Part shown: positions 12,602 through 24,611 of the stretch, in pieces | Position numbering within the stretch: the stretch's first letter is position 1 | Layout: every line of letters starts with the position of its first letter | DNA from: Catajapyx aquilonaris | Taxonomy: Eukaryota | DNA: 64,000 nt | NCBI GenBank assembly: GCA_000934665.2 | Contig: JYFJ02001436.1 | Location: 1-64,000, forward strand | Direction: 5' to 3' | Position numbers and translations under genes: made by a program | Notes under the pieces: model-generated | Told to the model about the DNA's origin: nothing | The model's database searches: none | What the model saw: the letters and a program-made list of their open reading frames with translations, nothing else

Positions 12602-13299
12602 TAAAATTATTTGATGTACAGTGGCGAGCATAATGATGAAGACGAACTTGGTAATGTGCTCCAACATGTTCAGTGTAAAACTGTGGTGACGTCTTTGCTG
12701 CCAAGCTATACGTATATTGTACAGTATAGGACGTCATTATCGATGTTTACTCTACCAGAGTACCACATAAAATAGCATTAGGGGACAGACATAATCAGTT
12801 TTACAGAGTATAGTGGAATGGGAGAAAAGGAGATATTGCTGCTTGTAGAGTCTAGTGACTATGCATTCGCACTCTGGCCTTGATTAGCAATGCATCAAGC
12901 GCAATATGGATCGTATTCCTCGTCGTCATTCCATCCTCAATTAAAACGTGTGATGTGGTGAATACAGGTAGCCTCCATTTTACAACGGGGTTAGGTTCCA
13001 GCAAAACAGGTTCATAAAGTGAAAAGTCGTTAAAGGATACCAAACTGTAATGTAATTGAATAGGAGAGGTTCCCCAATTTCCCTACGTACCGTACTAATA
13101 TTGCTGTTTTTTCACTTATTACTTGCCACATTTTAATGAGCAATTTTAATGAGAGGTTCTACGTTAAGGATCATAGGGTTCTGAGGGTTCCTTTCCTTTC
13201 ATTGTCAAAAACTGCAGTGCATTGTAACAATGGCTACAGTAGGCTACTTCGAAGAGTGCTGAGACCATCAATAATGCAGTAGGCCTATACTGTACAGTA

Positions 13300-13479
13300 T
13301 ATGGGTCAATATTTGGTAAAGGTACAGTACAATAATTACTTGTATAATTATTGTCCCTGCAGTAAATGATAAAATACTTTTATGCATTGCGTTTTAGGTA
13401 GGCCTACAGTATTACACTTACCAGTTACGCACATGTCATAAGACGCTCAATTTGACCCTTTATCAAATATTGACCCGTG
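13300..13479. mobile_element. Small MITE with ~25-bp TIRs and TA TSD
   Basis: tatgggtcaatatttggtaaagg versus cctttatcaaatattgacccgtg|TA. Confidence 0.7.
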
Positions 13480-13735
13480 TATTATTTTATAGATCCTGTC
13501 ACAATGAACAACTAAAAACAAAAGATGCGTCTATAGCGTGTTTAAATTCACTGGTGTTGTGAGGGAGATTTTTGTAAATTATTTTTTGTTATTTCAATTT
13601 TGTGCTATTTATTCCAAATTTTTCATTTTTCTAGGTCATTTTGAAAAGGTCATGTGGAACGTCGTAAAGTGTGACCTTCATAAAAACTGCGGGTACAGTA
13701 CCTGTATATAACTTTTATGAAATGATATACAACTA

Positions 13736-14653
13736 AAGTGGTGCCTCATACTTCGAACTTAATTCGTTCCAGGTGGTCGTTTGAACTTCGAATTGTTCGA
13801 ATTCCTAATCAAATTTCCCCATAAGAAATAATGGAAAGTGAATTAATCCGGTCCCAGACTATAAACAATGCCCATTTCGATAAACCTAAACGGCAAATTA
13901 CACATAATTTAAGGTAAACATAACACGATTAAATATCCTAAATAAAAAAGGAAAACATGAAAAAATAAAGAAAATAAGTAAAGACTGTAGAATAAAATTA
14001 GAATTTCAATTACGGTACTGTATTGTACAAGTGAGGATTGGTGATGTCCAGTGTGGCTGGTGGAGAGGAAGAGAAAGGTTACTGTTTGGAAACCGAAGCA
14101 GGTTGGTGTAGTGGATATGGAGTCCGCCTGCTAATCGGGAGGTCCTGGGTTCGATGTTCGAATCCCGGTGCCGGCAACTCTGACCGTGGTTTTCTGTGGT
14201 TTCCCACGGTTCCTCCAGGTGAATACCGGAGTTGTTTCCTATTTAATAGGCCACAGCCGCTTCCTTCCATCCCTATCCCGTCCCAAAAAGCGAAATAAAG
14301 TTTACAAGAGTTCCAGCCAAAAAAAACAAATCTCCCCCCTAAAAAGCCAGAACGGCTTCAATGGGGTATGATATTATTATTATTATGATATTATTATAGG
14401 TTACTGTTTGGAAGTTCCATTACGTATACAACCAGACACACCATAAATAAAGCGAAAAAAGCAGTGAAAAAACGCGAGCATAACGCAAGAGATGCTTTCA
14501 CAGCAAGAGCGAGAGGCGACCTGGGCTCACAATAGATGGCATTTACGCAACGAGCGCATTTTTTTTTTACTGCGCGTGTAGTTCGAACTTAGAAGCATCG
14601 TTCGAACTCTGGACCGTTCGAAGTTAGGGGCGTTCGAAGTACGAGGTTCCAGT
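13736..14653. mobile_element. Tigger/pogo-type non-autonomous element carrying a SINE insertion
   Basis: TA|aagtggtgcctcatacttcgaac ... gttcgaagtacgaggttccagt|TA, with repeated subterminal gttcgaa motifs typical of Tigger-like MITEs. Confidence 0.8.
14092..14397 (+). mobile_element. tRNA-derived SINE, full length
   Basis: A-box tggtgtagtgg, B-box gttcgaatcc, (TAT)n tail, and exact 16-bp TSD aggttactgtttggaa at 14076-14091 and 14398-14413. Confidence 0.9.
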
Positions 14654-14880
14654 TATACTAAATACTATACTATACAGGCTGTTACTGAATTAGTCTGCCA
14701 AAATGATATGGATGGTAGCGGGGTGAGTATGGTAAAGGCATGGCATGGGGCCCGAAAGGCAGGCGACGATACGTTTTGGAGATGTCGACCTTTGACATCG
14801 ACTATGTCTATCCTGACAAGTATGGAAAGCATGCCTGCATTGCTGGTTTCCGGAATCAGGCGGTTGAGCAATGGTCTGGT

Positions 14881-15416
14881 CATGATCATAGAATACTAAG
14901 GTCTGGACACTCCCAGCTACCCCCTGCCGGGGCGTTTTGCATGAGGTGCTCACCTGAGAGCGCCATGAGACCTTTCACGGAGCATTTACGTGGCGAACCT
15001 ATACCGGACTACGCTGAACTTTATAGGTACAAAAGGGAATCGCTACATTAGGGGACCCAACATGGTCGCCGACGGCCATGTTGGGCCCCCATGTAGGGCT
15101 TCCCTTTTTTTACAGTATTGGTCATATATCGAGGCAACTACCAGCAACATTTTCCGAAGCGGCAGAAGAAGGAATCAAAGATAAGGATACTTCAAGCATG
15201 GGCGAGCAAGATTCTTTCTTCTGCCGCTTCGGAAAATGTCGCTGGCAGTTGCCTCGATATATGACCAATACTGTACCTATAAAGTTCAGCGTAGTCCGGC
15301 AGGGTCCCCAAATAAATGCGCCGCGAAATGTCTCATGGCGCTCTCAGGTGAGCACCTCCTGCAAAACGCCCCGGCAGGCAATAAGATAAGAACGTAGAGG
15401 TAGTGTCCGGGGGTTG
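14881..15416 (+). mobile_element. Non-autonomous hairpin element, copy B (8-bp TSD), interrupted by a 161-bp MITE
   Basis: TSD ggtctggt at 14873-14880 and 15417-15424. Ends CATGA...GGTTG align with copy A. Palindrome ~14923-15378. Confidence 0.88.
15113..15273. mobile_element. 161-bp MITE with ~64-bp TIRs and TA TSD
   Basis: TA|cagtattggtcatatatcgaggcaac ... gttgcctcgatatatgaccaatactg|TA. The empty site (ctttcgTAcctg) is visible in copy A near 5375. Confidence 0.92.
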
Positions 15417-16479
15417 GGTCTGGTAGTGCGAGCGCCTGATCCCGGCAACCAACAATTCAAGCATGCATGGGGGTACCCATACTTGTCAGGATAGACATTG
15501 TGGACGTCAACGTCGCGTCGTCGTCGGCCTTTCGGGCCCTTGCATGTCATGCTTCTTCCATACCCACCCCCTACCACCCATATCATTTTGGCAGACGAAT
15601 TCGGGAACACCCTGTATCGTACAACGTGATTGTCAGGCTTTAAAGTATAGGTTAGATAAATGCATGCATCATCTATAGTCATTACTTTTGTGTTGATCAC
15701 ACACAACCTGCCAGTGATAGGGCCAAACTACGGTACCTTCTATGTGACTATGTGACCGTCGTTTAGAGGTAATAAGATAATGAAAGAGGTCATGTGAGCC
15801 CTCCGAATGGGAGATTACTCTCAGCAAGACACTCTGTTGTACGATCGACTAGATCATAAAGTCACGTCGCCTTGTTCAACAATAATGTCGCACGAAATGT
15901 GCAACGACTTAAATGGTTCATATCATTAGTGTTTGCTGAGATACTAAAGAATGCAGTTACGTACTGCACCAGTACTGGGCAACATGATGTCTTCCAGCAC
16001 CCTAGTCGTTTTTAAAACCTTCAAAAGTCCAGGATAATTTAGTTCAAGCAAAACATAATTATACAGTATTGTTATTCGAGAGTTATCACTGCGCTGAATA
16101 AGCTGCAAAGGTGCACAACTCTATACCTACCTGAAAGTTTTGGGAACATCTGATATGAAATAAATGATGTTCATTAGAAGAGTTTTAGTGCAGAGTCATG
16201 CCCTCTACCTCCCGCGTGGTATAGGCCTATATACTAGCAACATAAGGCCCATGGAAAATGAAATTGAAACTACTCTAACGTATAGTTGGAAATGCTCATG
16301 TCGCAAGAAGTTTATACTTCCCTCTAGAACTCACTACAAGGAATACACTAAGGATTTCATTTTCAAATTCTCGTGATAATTGACGAAACATATGGTGTAG
16401 TAACACTGCAACAGCTGATACTCCACTTGCCTAATTACCACCCTAAGTACAGCCGATTTGAGAGTATATTTTTGCACTT

Positions 16480-17075
16480 GGTGGGGATTCATTCTCTTGT
16501 TCGCATGTAGATGGAGACAGTTGAAACCTTGAATTCTAACAGGTTATAGTTAGAATGAAGGTTAAGCAGTTCAATATAAGTACTAGTAGTTCCCCCACGT
16601 CAGGTTCGGTTAGGTTGAGGGGAAATATAACAGGTCATTTCCATACTTTTCATTTTCTTACCATATCAGCAAATGCACAAATTCAGTCATTCCTTAGATT
16701 TCCTCCTCAATGTAATGGAGTGAAATGTCCCTCAAAACTCCGTTACTGAAACCAGAATTTACTTTTCTCCAAAACAGATTGCTCCAAACTAACTTACCCA
16801 ACTGTCTTCTCCCCCAAACCACAGGAAGAGACTGGACTCTATAACTAAAGAGAAATTCGGAATCTGACAACGCAGTACCAGGGAATTTGGCTCCTGATGA
16901 TCTTGTATCCATGACTGACTTTGCACAAAGTCGCGCATAGACAGTATTTTGGGGAATTCACTCATTATTATTTTAGCAAGATATTCTTCTAACAAAGTGC
17001 CTTCGAAGGCTCTGGATTGATTCAAAAAGAACCTCAAGAGTGTACTGATTTATATCTTTCCGTATAGAGATGAAT
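16480..17075 (-). pseudogene. Degenerate non-LTR retrotransposon ORF1 (gag-like; I/Jockey group) fragment
   Basis: Frameshifted peptides in ORF1 order: EVLFESI, LAKIIMSEFPKILS, EPNSLV, CQIPNF, GVLRDISLHYIEEEI, PVRIQGFNCL (like the start of a QCFNC zinc knuckle). Confidence 0.45.
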
Positions 17076-20000
17076 TTCCTTTGTATCATCATCATTATCA
17101 TAAATATGATCATTACTGCCGCGACATTTTCATATTAAGGTAGTACATAGTCTGGATAGCAGAACTAACTCACCCTTGGGGTAATTTGTCGATTATTTCT
17201 AATATTTTTGATGCATTACCATGGGTATAAATTATCCTGACATCCAGACTGGAGCCCTGAAGAGATAGACAGAATTATATTAAACATATGCCCAAAATAA
17301 GCAACTCGTGAATGTACAGCATGTAATATTTCAGTTATACTCGTAATATTCATTAATGTATGACATGTTACCATGTAATTTTCAGTATGAGCTTTCCTTG
17401 TTCATTATTACATTAAAATAACACATATTAAGCTGAAATCAAATTCTAAAAGGTTTCTGCCATCAAAAATAAACACGACTGAAACATTTCATGCAATGCT
17501 TATATTTTGTACTGCGATATTTTAATTCCGAAAATGTTTTCCTTTAAAATATCTTTGCATTGGAGCGGAAGTGATGCCTTGTAAAAACAGGTTTTTTTCC
17601 ACTTACATGGCGGCCTCTCGAATCAAACCTGACCAGTCACATGTCAGTATACTGCTCTTTGTACGCGTGTCTGTTATGGTGGAAGTTTAAGCAGTTAATG
17701 TTGGTTTCTAGCTAACTGACCTACTTGGGATGGAATAAAAGCTAGCTAGAATTTTCTAGTCTATAAAACGAGTACTTCTCTGTATAGAGCTAAGACCAGA
17801 GAAAATTTCGCCACAATGGACAATAGTAAGACGTACGCAGTTTTATACAGGCCTATCCGTTGTTCTTGCCCACTATTATCTTCGACTGCCCCTTTTAAAA
17901 TACGTCATGATATGTTTGATTTACTGATTAAATTATTTTTATGTATCTACTAGTGTGATAGTCGAAAGGGAAGAGATCACTTGCTTTGTTACACAGGTTC
18001 AAATAGACAGTCATGCATTGCAAGATATCGTCCTGGTTGAATTTCTTCCATCAGTAGTTGACTATGACTTTATGTTAAGATAGCCTAAGGATAGTTAAAT
18101 TTTATAACAAGCTTTAGGACCACAGAATTGATCAAACTAGAAGTTTTTCCATTTGGGTCAGGAAATACTATAATGCATCAATTATTTCAAAGCCTCTTGA
18201 GACAAGGGAACTGTTTACAGAAACTTTATCAGTAGTTCTATTTACCATTTACTAAGGTACCTGTTATGTCACATAATTATCTGCGTAGCACCAGTTTGAA
18301 TGCGAATGCTGCACACCATGCCCCTACGTAGTCACTCACTGTACCATTTTTCTCTTGATTTTTCTAGTTAACGGACAGCAGTAATTGCGACCTGTTTTTT
18401 CCCCCTTAATAGTTTTTTTTTTTTGCTTGAACGAACAAATACTTCCGCGCAAACAGTCAGACGACTCGACGCGACGGTGGCACGGAATTAATACTCGCTC
18501 TGTCGCGCAGGAATACACAACTCATCCGCTCAATCAGCGTCGGTTAAGGTTGGAAGTGTTTTTTTTTTTTTTTTTGAAAGATGATATAGGGACTCCTCCA
18601 CAATCCTCCATCTCACCAACCTTTGTTCCTATATCCAACAATCCAATGGGATTCAGCTTGTTTTTAAGTGTGTGCAACGACGTGCCAGGGGCTTATCTAA
18701 TTTTTTTGGGTTGATATGATGTTGTTTTTTTCAAATATCGGGTTAAATATGGGTGTTTTCTTGTGTAGTTCCAAGAATGAATTATAATTTTTGCCATTAA
18801 AATTAATTCAGATAATTTTTTTTCGCCATACCCACAACTTTTTTACGCAAAATATTGCACTAGAGCGAAGGATGGTGTACTGCAGCTGGAACACTTTTTC
18901 CCCGAATATATATGCTAATTTCTGTGGTAAATTAATGTGGAATCTATATTAATGCAGGATAAAAATGAGGGGCAGCTCATTCTTGTGCACACAAAAGCAA
19001 TAGTAAAGGTGAAATGCAATTATTTTCCATTGTGACGACTTTCGGACTCCCTTACAATCAACAGAAGTTTACTGCCAATAATGTGGCAGTAGAGTTAGTG
19101 TCAGGTTATTATTCTCGGCTTAATTTGGGGCATGCAGGAATGCTGTAATTCTAAGGGAGAGATAAGGGTATAATTATATGAAATGCACTATGTACGGGGC
19201 ACTGAATGCAGTGTTGATAAGAAAGTGTTGTAACAGGATTGTTCAGACTCGTATACAATGTCAGTTACTAGCACTATTATTTTCTCAATACAAGCCTGGG
19301 GGCTTTTGCGCTTGATAGACTTTTTCTTCTTGTGCCACAGGAATCGTGTGGGTTGAGCCACACAATCCCACAAAATTGATAAAATTGCCAATTATTTTTA
19401 AGCTTGCCGCCATAAAATTTGTAACGCTAACAGCTGGAATTTTCAAGAGTCATGTGAAATGATCTTAGAGCCTAGTGCCAGGAACAAGAACTATGCCTTA
19501 TCAATAATTATTGCAGCTAGTCATATTTTCTGATTAACAACATTTTCCTGTTTGAAAATAAATTTTTGCTTACCAAATAATCTGTACAAAATCTCCATGG
19601 AAAATTTTTCAAATTAAGTTGAAACCTGTTTAAAGTTTGGTACAAATAGCGAGCACGTAGTAATCTGTATTACCTCCATTTTGGTAACAGTGTGTTACAG
19701 TAAATCATCCTTCTGGTTTTTTTTAAAAAAAAGTTGGTGGCATTATTGCATTCGAGCGATGCCTAATATATAATAAGTTACTATTCCATATACTGTTGTT
19801 AAAAAAGACTCGATTTATAACCTTACTCCTACCAAAAAAAAACATGTCGTAATTTCCTTCAGAAGCATTTGAACTGGAAAACTTCAGATCCGTTTTTGTC
19901 AGCGTCAGCTTTGTGCAGAATACCAACCTGTATTATTTTTTTTAAAAACCTCTCTTGATATCATGACGTAGGGCTTAAGGGCTTGTGTGGGAGGCTTGAG

Positions 20001-22188
20001 AGGAAGGTGGGATTACTGATTTTCTTTCACCTTCTTCACATTTCTTTGTTGCTTGATATATCTGAGGACCTGAAATGCAGAACAATAAGACATACCGGTA
20101 CTGGAATTTAAAGATATGAAGGTTTGAGGTTTAAAGGCTCCATTTTATTAAATTTCTGAAATGAGCCTTGATTTCCCTATGAAAATACCTAAATGTGACC
20201 CTGATCGTTCCGCATTTCACGACTTACTTTAGATGTAACGGAATGAGAAAAACATGAGAAAATATGAAAAAAATGCTTCTCCAAGACGTGGTTCGAACCC
20301 ACTACCCTCAGAGGTGTCACAAGGCCGTCCACATAAACTCGAAAATAATACTGCAGCACAGCTTTTTTTATACCGCACTGTAAAGAAGAGAACAGAGTGG
20401 AAAATAGTTTTGAGTTCCCCATTTAATGGACGCGGCAGTGCTATTTACTGTCGTCGTATAAGAATTTATTACACTGTTGGTTGAAAAGAGGCGTGTCGTA
20501 CAAGGCTCTTAATTTTTTTTGCTATAATTACAAACAAACACCTTATAAATTGGCTGATCCCATTAGTAGGCATATATGATCTCCAGCTGTAGTTCACGTG
20601 ATTTAAAGCGCAGATTATTTTGCGATTACAAAATGCTTTTAAATTCATAATCACCTGGATGCCTCCTCCCCCAATCAGAGCATGATACATATCCGCCACT
20701 ATCGCGATTATCGAACCGTCTAATCAAACGAGATAACACTGCGGATCAAGGATCCGCGAGTGCGAATCAGGAATAGAATTGATGTTCGTCTGTAGTAATG
20801 AAATTAGGCAGAGGGATTAGCTGGCAGGTTCGGCGTTTATTGGCAGTAATTAAAATAATTCGCTTCTCCCTAGCTCCTATACCCTCTCTACCATCCTATT
20901 AGCATACTCAGCCACTTCCATCACGCCGAATTATGGAAGTAAAGCAATTGTTTCCTGACTGGCCCCCCCCCCATGGCGGTTGGAAATCGTGCTTGCAACT
21001 CCATTTGAGGGTTGTAACACGCCCAGGTCAAGGGTTATGTTCACGGGACTACCTGCCCTCTCCGATTGAATTTGAACGTTGGAACTTTGCGGTTTTGTCC
21101 CCAAAGCTGCCGGAATTGAAAATGTGGTTCTCTCCCAAGTTTTTTTTGGGGGGGAACAATATTTTTTTTTTCCATTTTCCACTTTAGAAACCCGTCCTTG
21201 AGGCGGTTCATCATTTCCGCAGCCCACAAAACGAGCATCGAGCACAGCCAGCACGTACACTATTGCCGGCTATCTCTGAGTCGGAGAATCGCACGACTGA
21301 CTGCAGGACACTCCATTCATCTCTCGGCGTCTCCGCAGATAATTGGCCAACCTGCTTCCACCCACCATTCCAAAAGGAACATACGGCACACCTGACTGAA
21401 TCGGGGCTCAGTCATGGTCCATTACGTTAATTGCCATACCAGAACTGCGTACAAAATTCAATATTACTCACCTTTATTTACTGCGGCCACGGCCAGGACC
21501 TCAAAATGAGTATACTCAGCGGCCACCTTGCGACATGTGTTGCAAAATTTGCTATTAGTGACGTCTAAACATTTGAAATGAGTTTTTATCACATATAGTC
21601 ATATAGCTATGTACTAGATGAATATGAGGTGGAAATACTACAGCTGTTATACGGTACTTATGGCATTATCTCCTGTGATGCGTCAGAATCAGCAGAATAT
21701 GGAATCTGGATGCTGAGCCCTGAATCAATAAGCTTCCAACTAGGATTCAGAGACTAAAAAGTGGGGTGTATAGAATGTGACCTGCTTGGCCTTATTTTTT
21801 TTGAATGACGTATCTACATTAAAAAAAGTATTGAGCTAGTGCTCGATTGTCATTACAGGTGCACACTCAAGGTCGACTGCCATACTTGTAGAGCACTCTG
21901 CATCTGTGGCCTAGAAACACTGGATCTGGTGCGCATTTCATGTATTCCTAATGATTGCTATTGACCCTCATTGAGCATTATTTTCAGCTGAAGCGTCTGT
22001 CGTGTAAAGAGGGCTTAATCAAGCTGAGCAGTTGCATTGGACAAGGCCATTTTTCACACCTACAGTATTAGCGCCCCACTTTCGAGCCGCGAGCAGTATA
22101 TAGAATTTGTTTTCCCGAATTAAACACAGGACCAGATAGCTTACGGATAATAGCTAGCCAGTGGTGCATAATATCAGCACTTACCTTG

Positions 22189-22380
22189 AGCTGTGGGTGG
22201 TGTAGTGGTTAACTGCACAGCCTTCCACTTATACGGTCTGAGTTCGATCCCCATGTTGGCTCAGGTCCCGAAATAAATTAAGTCCCCAAATGTCAGAGGT
22301 GGTCGTGACATTGTTGCGCAAAGAAAATCAAGTGCCATATGTAGTATAAGGTTCAGCAGTGCATAAAGCGAGGACCCCCA
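22189..22380 (+). mobile_element. Degenerate tRNA-derived SINE
   Basis: tggtgtagtggtta A-box and gagttcgatcc B-box; head similar to 61058-61122. Confidence 0.6.
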
Positions 22381-24337
22381 CCACTTTGAAGGTAATTTCA
22401 TTTCCAAGTTGTTTCCAACCTTCCTCAGCAGCACCATTATAGTGGTAAAAGAGTCAAATCCGGGCAGCTGAGTGCATGTCATGCAAGAATTTACCTGTGT
22501 GCAGGTAGCAAATTTTATTTTTAGCAGTCCGTAAATTTTGCAGCTCCTAATTACTCCGTCGAGTACTATAGCTGGGAAGGGCTTGTAAAATGCAAGTTGG
22601 TGCTGATTACATACAGTGCAAATAGAATGAAATATATGTGCACTTTTTTTGTATAGCCCGCATTGTGGTGTGGTAGTGGAGAGGGTTGACGGGTAGGGGG
22701 TGGTTTGCACCAGAGTTGAACTCTGAAAGGAGACTATAGTAGCAATGAGGTTGCAGTGCAGATCAATACTATCTTCTGGTACTTTCTGGACTCATCTGCC
22801 TGAAAAGTGTTCACAAAGTGTGGTTGTTACATACCTTTTTTTGAAGTCTATTCCCATTTTTTAATCTCAATCCGGAAGTTGCCGGTTTTATCTTTTGACC
22901 TACATGTCAACGTGCACTGCCCCTTTTTTGTGCTATCACCTTTCGACTATCTAAACTATATTCCACTGCATCGCTCCCTATAAGACTGCGTGCGTTTTGT
23001 ATACCTCAAACTTAATTGACGTTGTGTCTAGAAATGTCCTTGTTTCTCATGGAACATTCAGTCAGCTATTTCCACCAGCACGCAACCAGCTGACGTGTGT
23101 TTTGTTAGAACACCATGGTTGCAGGTTATACTGAAGACACAAAAATCAGACACTGGTGGTATTATGCGGCGTTTCATGCAGATCTGCTCCTGTTGATTGC
23201 CTGTAATACGACCTTGAACCTTATTGTTTTAGCATGCAAATCGTCGATCATTTTGATGAAAAAATGTGGTATACTTCACTGATGTGGTTACGAAACTTTC
23301 GCAAAATGGGACATCTCACTTTAAACTGATTAGAAGGGAGATCCATATTTCTGTTAGAGGATGCTACAGCATTCAACGCGAATGATTTTGAGCCCTGCTT
23401 GAGCAGGCGAGACGGCCCATTCTGAGAGTGGCTCTTTACATTACCTTATGCAAGTTTGAAGGGTCGATCTCCAGCCTCAGCTCAACTTTGATCGAAACGT
23501 CAGATGGCCCATTTTGCAACCAACTTCCCTCAAAAATAGGGGAGGGGCAGGCCCACATCTCACCGTGTCTAAAATAGAACCGCGTTTTATATCCATGAAT
23601 TTATTTCATAAAATATTACATTGTTTATATATTAGTATGATATATACATATTTATCATAAGCTAACAAGTTCAAACTCGGTCATACAAACAAAGTACAGC
23701 GGATTATCTTGACTTTTTCTTCCGATCGGGAGATGCGCTCGCAAGTCTGTTGAGACACGTTCCATAGTTTCGCTGGAACACAAGCACAACAGAGAGGGAG
23801 GGGTAAGGGGGTAGGAAATGTGTTTTCCCAATTCTACAGCACTCTACTACAGCATTGTGGTTGCATCTTTGGGTGGGGGACGGGAGAAGGAGAGAACAAG
23901 ATATGTGTATAGCCTATAACAAAAGGAACAGAAATTCTCCTCTCTCCAACTTCCAATTTGGATAACATTCCCGTCACAGTCTATTTTTGGTGGGGGAGTA
24001 TAGGATACAACCCAAAAAAAATAAAAAATGATGCAGGAAACCTTCCGGAAACGCAAGATACGGGTGTGGAATGGGTAAGGCGTCCCCCCGGAGCGACCTT
24101 CTGGTTACAAACGGCTTCATTTTTTGGGGGGAGCCATTTTAGACCCGCCCATCCCCTTTTCTTTGTCTCGTGGCTCCTGCTACGTGCAAACAAAATGGGC
24201 GCCACACGTATTAGGCGTGTTAGGCGAATTTGGAAAAAACGAACGAAAACTACTGCAACTGAGAATTCATCTCTTTTTATATAGGGAGGGGGGGAGCGGG
24301 GATTTGAGCACCATTGAGAAAAATTATATAAATAGAT

Positions 24338-24611
24338 GACATCCTGTTGTTTTTTTGAGCTGCTATGTAAGTACCCGCCAGGAATCGAACCTGGGACCAT
24401 GCCATCTGTGTTGGATGGACATTTGCTCTGCCACTGAGCTACAGGAACTCTGATGCAGCTTCAAAAAACCGAAACTCGTTCCACTGTACGATAATTCGAC
24501 AGAGTGGAGCTTGGAAGTCACTGAGCACCAACAAGTCAAATGTACTTTGTATGCAATTCTCTGTGCAGTAGTCACTCGTATTACCCTGAGCAATTACGCC
24601 CTTTGTCGCTT
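24338..24611 (-). mobile_element. Insertion containing a tRNA-like Pol III promoter module
   Basis: Minus strand has A-box tagctcagtgg (24431-24441) and B-box ggttcgattcc (24381-24391). Boundaries are tentative, from a tagat direct repeat at 24333-24337 and 24612-24616. Confidence 0.5.

Larger units (their letters stand above)
14675..15614. mobile_element. Tc1/mariner-type long-TIR MITE hosting two nested insertions
   Basis: TA|caggctgttactgaattagtctgccaaaatgatatgg ... ccatatcattttggcagacgaattcgggaacaccctg|TA. Arms pair imperfectly for about 190 bp. Confidence 0.85.

Noticed and set aside
17174..17256. Exon-like segment on minus with good acceptor, donor and one open frame
   Set aside because: The peptide is unrecognisable, the neighbouring frame looks like LINE ORF1 debris, and no coherent gene model could be built. 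RNA-seq could revive it.
22261..22710. 149-aa Cys-rich ORF on minus
   Set aside because: Non-ATG start, overlaps a SINE, no recognisable domain.
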